Assembly (NCBI GenBank): GCA_030615605.1
Contig: JAUWYY010000005.1
Location: forward strand, 119,067 to 183,066
Source: a bacterium
GTDB lineage: Bacteria > Armatimonadota > Zipacnadia > Zipacnadales > Zipacnadaceae
Reading direction: 5' to 3'
Length of the DNA: 64,000 nt
Shown: one piece after another, positions 58,905-64,000 of the stretch
How positions within the stretch are numbered: position 1 is the stretch's first letter
Layout of the letters: each line of letters opens with the position of its first letter
The notes under the pieces: generated by a model
Database searches by the model: none
What the model was told of the DNA's origin: nothing
The model's input: the letters and a program-made list of their open reading frames with translations, nothing else
Position numbers and translations under genes: made by a program

Positions 58905-59744
58905 TCACTGGCTATCGGCCTCGTCGCCATCGATATCATCCAGGATTCGCCCCAAACGAAACAGAATTCCGCGCATGTTGCTTTTATTTGCCTCTGCCTT
59001 TTCGTAAAGACCTATCAGGTCCCGGCCATTCTGCCTCAAAGTTGCTAGAGTCTTGAGCATTTGAGTCCGTTCAAGGAATCCGCGATCAAGGGCCTCGCGC
59101 CAGGCATTGTAGGCATCTTCGAGCCCACCGGCGTTGCGATATAGGACCTGCCACACATCAGGAAGATCGTCGGCCCGGGCTCCTCTGCCGTTCTGTCTTG
59201 CAATAGCATAGGTCATCGCCGCCCCCGCGACCAGGCAACTAAAACACGCCAGCACAAACCAGCCGACAGAAATGCCCTTTTGAATTGAGCCAGGTGCAGC
59301 AGAGGGACTGACTTGAGGAACGGTGCGCCGAACCGAAGCAGCGTCTATCACTCTCGCAGATGCCACACCAGTGCGGTATAATCTCAAGTTACCCGGTGTC
59401 TCAACCTTCAGACCCCACTCATATTCGCCGGCCGGCACAGACACGTCCACACGCTTGCTCCACACGCCGTCTGCTGCTGTCTGGTCGCCGCCGCGCCCGC
59501 TGTCATTGAGCGCGAATTGACACACCCGCGTGCCCCGCCTGAATAGGACGGCAGTGACATGTGTGCCTGGTCGCTCAACGACGGCCTGTCCGTCTGCCGT
59601 GACACGTACGCGAATGTTCAAGTCTGCAGGCCCGACTGTCCCCACGGCGCTTTCAAATGTTGCCGCAAGGTCGTTTGAAGCAGCAGCAAACCCCTGCAAG
59701 AATGCAAGGACAGCAAAACACAAGAAGACCGCAATCCTCTTCAT
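58905..59744 (-). CDS. Exported choice-of-anchor X-like domain + TM + cytoplasmic helical tail
   Basis: Signal peptide; LNDSGRGGDQTAADGVWS; single TM. Confidence 0.7.
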   Translation of the reverse strand: MKRIAVFLCFAVLAFLQGFAAASNDLAATFESAVGTVGPADLNIRVRVTADGQAVVERPGTHVTAVLFRRGTRVCQFALNDSGRGGDQTAADGVWSKRVDVSVPAGEYEWGLKVETPGNLRLYRTGVASARVIDAASVRRTVPQVSPSAAPGSIQKGISVGWFVLACFSCLVAGAAMTYAIARQNGRGARADDLPDVWQVLYRNAGGLEDAYNAWREALDRGFLERTQMLKTLATLRQNGRDLIGLYEKAEANKSNMRGILFRLGRILDDIDGDEADSQ

Positions 59745-59779
59745 CGTATGGCCTGCCTTCTCAGCATCCTGAGTATTGT

Positions 59780-61885
59780 TTATCTTTCGAAGCCAATGCG
59801 TCGTGGCTTGACGTCAGCTACCACCTTCTTGACTTCATCAGTGGCTTGAAGGAAGTCATCCATCTGGACTGCCGCGTCGGGTGGCGGGTCGAAACCGACC
59901 TGGCGCAAGAGATTGAGACCGGCTCGACGTGTCACTTCAGCGATATCCGCTCCGGAAAAGCCATCCGTCGCCTCAGCAAGTGTTTCGAAGTCGAGTTGGC
60001 CGCACTTCAGCGGCTTGGTGTGTATGGAGAAGATCTCAGCTCGCTCTCTGGCATCCGGGAGCGGAACCTCGATCTGATAGTCAAATCGCCCGGGGCGAAG
60101 CAGAGCCGGGTCAATGACATCCACTCGATTGGTCGCACCGATGATGAACACGTGCCAGTTCTCTTGAAGCCCGTCCATTTCTGCAAGCAGTTGGTTTATG
60201 AGACTGGCGCCCGTCTGGTCAACTGGAGTTCGAGTGGCTGATATGGCGTCAATTTCATCAAAGAATATGATGCAAGGCGCTGACTCTCGGGCCTTTGAAA
60301 ATAGCTCACGCAATCTGCGTTCAGACTCTCCACGCCACTTACTCTCCAGTTCAGGGCCACGAACAGCGATGAAGTTAGCGTTGGCGCGTCTTGCCGTAGC
60401 CTTGGCCAGAAACGTCTTGCCGGTGCCCGGAGGTCCATACAGCAGCGCGCCCTGCGCAGGCTTCACTCCTATGGCCTCAAACGCCTTCGGAGCCAATAGC
60501 GGCTGTATGATGTTGTCCTCGATGAGTTGCTTAGCCCCCTGAAGACCGCCGACCGTATCCCAGGACACATCACCGGGGATTTCGACATAGAACTCTCTCA
60601 GCGCGGACGGCTTCGCGTCCTTAAGGGCCTCACGAAAATCCTGCATTTCGACTCGCGTGTCCCCCAAGTCGAGTTCGCTACTACTCAACTGCTTTTCAGA
60701 AAAGCACCTTCGTAATGCGCAATAGCCAGCCTCTCGGCATAGGGCGGCCAGGTCAGCTCCCACAAACCCGACGCTCTGATCGGCAAGTTCGTCCAGGTTC
60801 ACATCATCAGCAGTGGAAATGCCCCGGAGATGGATTTGCAGTACCTGGCGGCGGCCTTCGGTATCGGGGGCACCAATCCGTATCTCCTTCTCAAAGCGCC
60901 CTCCTCGCCGCAGAGCCGTATCGATCGCGTCAATGCGGTTTGTGGTACCGATAACAGTAACCCCCGAGGCCTCCTCCAGCCCATCCATCAGCGTCAGGAG
61001 TTGTGCTACGATGCGAGGTTCCAAGTCTCCAGTTGTCTCAGTGCGCTTAGGCGCGATGGCATCTAACTCGTCAATTAGTATTACAGCGGGCTTGTTGACA
61101 TTGGCCTCTTCAAACTTCTCGCGCAGCAGACGTTCACTTTGCCCGTAAAAGGCGCTCATTATCTCCGGGCCTTGGATGGTGACAAAATAAGCGCCGACCT
61201 GATTGCTGAGTGCTCTGGCGATGAGTGTCTTGCCAGTTCCCGGCGGGCCGTAGAGTATCAATCCCCGCGGAGCCTTGATACCAAGACGTGCAAACGCTTT
61301 TGCTGCCCTGATGGGGTATTCAACCAGTTCGCGTATCTTTTGGACCTCGTGCGCCAAGCCGCCGATGTCTGTGTAGGTAATGCCAGGCTCTCCGACGGCC
61401 AGGTGTATCTCCGCTGACGGCTCCGCTATTGTGGTTGTTATCTTAGTCAGATCGGTTACCACCGCAGTCGGAGAAGGCAAGACAGACAACACTGGGAGAG
61501 GGATGGCGCTATCCCCGGTGAACGTGTAACGTGGAATAACCAGGCCGGAAGTGAGTGGTCTTCCTTCGAGAAACCGGTAGTCCTCTGTGTGCTCGTGAAG
61601 GGGGTGATCAGGTGAGATGCCGATTTCGACGCTCGAGGCTTCGGGGTAGATGCACGACTCTACCTGAACGCTGACCCCATCATCAACCGCTAGGAATGCG
61701 CGCAGGTACTTATCGACCCGCAAGTGGGGTTCGCCTTTCTCGCTTCGCTCGACAATGGCTCCTGACTCTCTGTCATCGGCGCAGACACGTACATAGTCGC
61801 CCGGCGAGAACGTATTCTCTGGGTCAACAATGATAACCGCCGGCGTCCTGGCCAGACTCGCATCCTCGGTCAATACTGCATCCAT
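59780..61885 (-). CDS. Cdc48/p97/VAT-family double AAA+ ATPase
   Basis: N domain; two GPPGTGKT; IDELD / FFDEID; ALRRGGRF / ALLRPGRF; PSALRE linker. Confidence 0.93.
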   Translation of the reverse strand: MDAVLTEDASLARTPAVIIVDPENTFSPGDYVRVCADDRESGAIVERSEKGEPHLRVDKYLRAFLAVDDGVSVQVESCIYPEASSVEIGISPDHPLHEHTEDYRFLEGRPLTSGLVIPRYTFTGDSAIPLPVLSVLPSPTAVVTDLTKITTTIAEPSAEIHLAVGEPGITYTDIGGLAHEVQKIRELVEYPIRAAKAFARLGIKAPRGLILYGPPGTGKTLIARALSNQVGAYFVTIQGPEIMSAFYGQSERLLREKFEEANVNKPAVILIDELDAIAPKRTETTGDLEPRIVAQLLTLMDGLEEASGVTVIGTTNRIDAIDTALRRGGRFEKEIRIGAPDTEGRRQVLQIHLRGISTADDVNLDELADQSVGFVGADLAALCREAGYCALRRCFSEKQLSSSELDLGDTRVEMQDFREALKDAKPSALREFYVEIPGDVSWDTVGGLQGAKQLIEDNIIQPLLAPKAFEAIGVKPAQGALLYGPPGTGKTFLAKATARRANANFIAVRGPELESKWRGESERRLRELFSKARESAPCIIFFDEIDAISATRTPVDQTGASLINQLLAEMDGLQENWHVFIIGATNRVDVIDPALLRPGRFDYQIEVPLPDARERAEIFSIHTKPLKCGQLDFETLAEATDGFSGADIAEVTRRAGLNLLRQVGFDPPPDAAVQMDDFLQATDEVKKVVADVKPRRIGFER

Positions 61886-62024
61886 GAGTCAAGGCTCTTT
61901 CCCTTAGCTCCGCGTTATGGCATCTGATGCAATTCCTTATGACCTTTGTTCGACACGGCGCATTCATTCCCTTCCAAGTAAGTGTTTGGGCGGGCAGACG
62001 TAGCTGCGGGGGCCAGAGCCCTTG

Positions 62025-62267
62025 TCACTTTTCTGCCAAGAACCCTTCCTTAGGTCGGTGAACGGTATACCCCATACCGCGAAGCGCACGTTCGCACTCC
62101 ACCCCAATCTCCTGCGGGTCGAATCTCGGGGCCGCAACGAGGCGCTTGCGTATGACGTAGAGTTCCCGGTAGTACTCATCGCACCGTTGCTCGAAGTCTG
62201 CCAGGGTCGTCGCATTGATGAGGTAGCGTACCGCTTCGTCTCGACTTCCCAGCTTCTTCAGAGTCAT
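62025..62267 (-). CDS. Small hypothetical protein
   Basis: MTLKKLGSRDEAVRY..; 80 aa; overlaps the broken RRE. Confidence 0.45.
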   Translation of the reverse strand: MTLKKLGSRDEAVRYLINATTLADFEQRCDEYYRELYVIRKRLVAAPRFDPQEIGVECERALRGMGYTVHRPKEGFLAEK

Positions 62268-62454
62268 GCCACAGATCCACAACAATGTCCCGGATCGTGT
62301 GGCGACCGTCGAGCCGCTTCCAGACAAATACGCTGATTGGGTTGAGTCCGAAGCTCTTGCCCGTGTCGGGGTCAAAGAGGATTGCCCATTCGTCAGACTC
62401 CTCTCGAACCACCACGGAGGGATTGGCTATCGGCCCGTCGTTCTCTGCCACCAT
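62176..62454 (-). pseudogene. Truncated PqqD/RRE (ScmD-like)
   Basis: PIANPSVVVREESDEWAILFDPDTGKSFGLNPISVFVWKRLDG; last helix missing. Confidence 0.75.
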
Positions 62455-62950
62455 TTTATTGCCCCTTTGCAACTACTCGCCTTTCCGCCCCGACGCCTGA
62501 GGCCACGGGAGGCAGGGCGGGGTTAACATAGGCATTATACCCCCTCTCCCCACAATACTGTCAAGCTTGTATACACTCACCGCAGAGCGTATACAGCGGA
62601 GATTGCTCCGCCCGATTGCTAACCACCCCAGCCTCTAACAGCTCCTGAGACTCATACGCGAGGGCAAGAGGATGTCTGTAAGCGCTGTCTTCAGGTCCCT
62701 CAATATGGGATTTGCCCGTAATATCAAGCTCCTTGGGCAAAATGCAAAACACTCAAAAAAGTTATTGCAGTTGTCGGCCCCGGGGCGCCTTCGGAATTCG
62801 AGCCCACCCCTTCTGGCCAGCCCCCGTCCCTTCAGCGTACCCACACATGGCTCATTGGGCGGAACACGGAACGACGCCCTGGCGCTTGCTTGTACTTCTA
62901 CGTCTCCATTGGGGGCACCTGCCTCGTGCGGGTGGTCCTCACTCGTTGGG

Positions 62951-63637
62951 CTACTGCTCTGCCGCCAGCGCCGCAATCTGCTCCTGCAGTTCTGCAAGCT
63001 GCTCCTGCAACGCTGCCACCTGCTGCTCAAGTGTCAGCTCTTCTGACTCATCACCGTCACCATTGAGCGAGTCTATTGCAGCCCTCAGCTCCTCCTCCTG
63101 AGCGTGATTGCCATAAGTGTCAAGTGTAGTGGTGATCCGGCTGTGGCGCATCGCCGCTTTGAGCTGAGCTACACTCCTCCCGGATCGTACCAGCCGCATA
63201 GCGAACGTATGCCTCAGTACATGAGGACTCACGTTCTTCTCAATGCCCGCCTTCGCTGCCAGCCGCTTGATCACTGCCCAGACATACTCGCGCTTGATCC
63301 GGCTGCCCCGGTTGCCCTTCGTGATAGTGCAGAAGACCGGGCCGCCCTCGATGCCCAGCTCCGCCCTAGCCGCCAGCCACTCGCCCAGCCTCGCCGCGGC
63401 CTCGTTGGTCAATGGCATAGTGACACCCTTGCCGCCCTTCCCGTTGCGCACTACCACGCTGGTCAGTTGGCCGCCCTCGCGCTCCAGGTCACGCTCGTCA
63501 GTGCCCAGTGCTTCGCTTACACGCAGGCCAGTGTCTACCATAAGCGTCAGCAGCGCGAGGTTGCGCTTGCCCGTCAGATAGCGCGAGTTGACCTGCTCCA
63601 ACAGTGCAGTCAGCTCCTCTTTGCTTAGGTATTCCAC
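62951..63637 (-). CDS. Tyrosine recombinase (catalytic domain only) with coiled-coil tail
   Basis: GLRVSE, GKGGK, HVLRH, MRHSRITTTLDTY. Confidence 0.9.
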   Translation of the reverse strand: MEYLSKEELTALLEQVNSRYLTGKRNLALLTLMVDTGLRVSEALGTDERDLEREGGQLTSVVVRNGKGGKGVTMPLTNEAAARLGEWLAARAELGIEGGPVFCTITKGNRGSRIKREYVWAVIKRLAAKAGIEKNVSPHVLRHTFAMRLVRSGRSVAQLKAAMRHSRITTTLDTYGNHAQEEELRAAIDSLNGDGDESEELTLEQQVAALQEQLAELQEQIAALAAEQ

Positions 63638-63683
63638 GGTATTGCCTCTCCTGCTTGTCTTAACAGAATAGCCTATTGTGTTA

Positions 63684-63712
63684 GTTATAACACAGCCCGC
63701 CCGCGAAGTCAA
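63684..63712 (-). promoter_or_regulatory. Sigma70-like promoter of the recombinase
   Basis: TTGACT-17-TATAAC on the minus strand. Confidence 0.55.
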
Positions 63713-64000
63713 GCGCTCTTACCACTTTTGTATATCATATAGCAGTTTCGCCTGCCGGCTCTGCCCGTTTACAACAACTCCGATTCGACCCTCCTGATAA
63801 TCCCTTTTCCGCTCGCCTGCAACCGCTAACTGCTCGCCCTATCTGCTTAGACTCCGCCTATGCTACGTTCATTCGCGCTGTAAGCCCCGCTCTGCCCTCA
63901 GGCACGGCTTAACAACAACCCAACCCCCTGTCGATGCGTCCTGTGACCTGCTGTGGCCCATCAATGGGCGCTTCTATGCCGCCATGCTCTCTCCGACGAC

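Overview
A 64-kb mosaic accessory island with no housekeeping genes, rRNA, tRNA or CRISPR array that I can support. The host is probably a bacterium, possibly Armatimonadota, based on a DUF1559/H-X9-DG protein with the 'LFPVFAQAR..CLSNLKQ' motif, SD sites and sigma70 promoters. From left to right: (1) 1-9.2 kb is an archaeal-looking integrative module with a HerA/VirB4-like ATPase-wHTH-nuclease, a MoxR AAA+ / HExxH-VWA trio, small ORFs, an archaeal-type tyrosine integrase and a tandem wHTH gene; a 20-bp motif recurs at its module borders. (2) 12-20 kb is a complete Ubl-E2-JAB-E1 ubiquitin-like conjugation operon running into duplicated membrane proteins, a Cys-rich membrane-anchored protein, a second HerA/VirB4-like ATPase-nuclease and a Xer-like recombinase; this is the best candidate for an undescribed system. 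(3) 21-31 kb is a SynChlorMet-like RiPP cluster (nucleotidyltransferase, RRE, S26 peptidase-RRE, two rSAM/SPASM enzymes, HprK-like protein, a repeat-core precursor, ABC exporter). (4) 31-36 kb holds IS debris, a Xer-like recombinase preceded by an array of dif-like sites, and a serine-recombinase remnant. (5) 36-53 kb encodes envelope proteins (SecD-P1 lipoprotein, zinc-ribbon membrane proteins, ExbD/ExbD/ExbB-like, TPR, DUF1598-like/YD). (6) 54-62 kb is a Cdc48-Hsp70-J-like membrane operon, followed by a truncated RRE and a fourth tyrosine recombinase. All family calls come from motif recognition by eye; no database searches were run.
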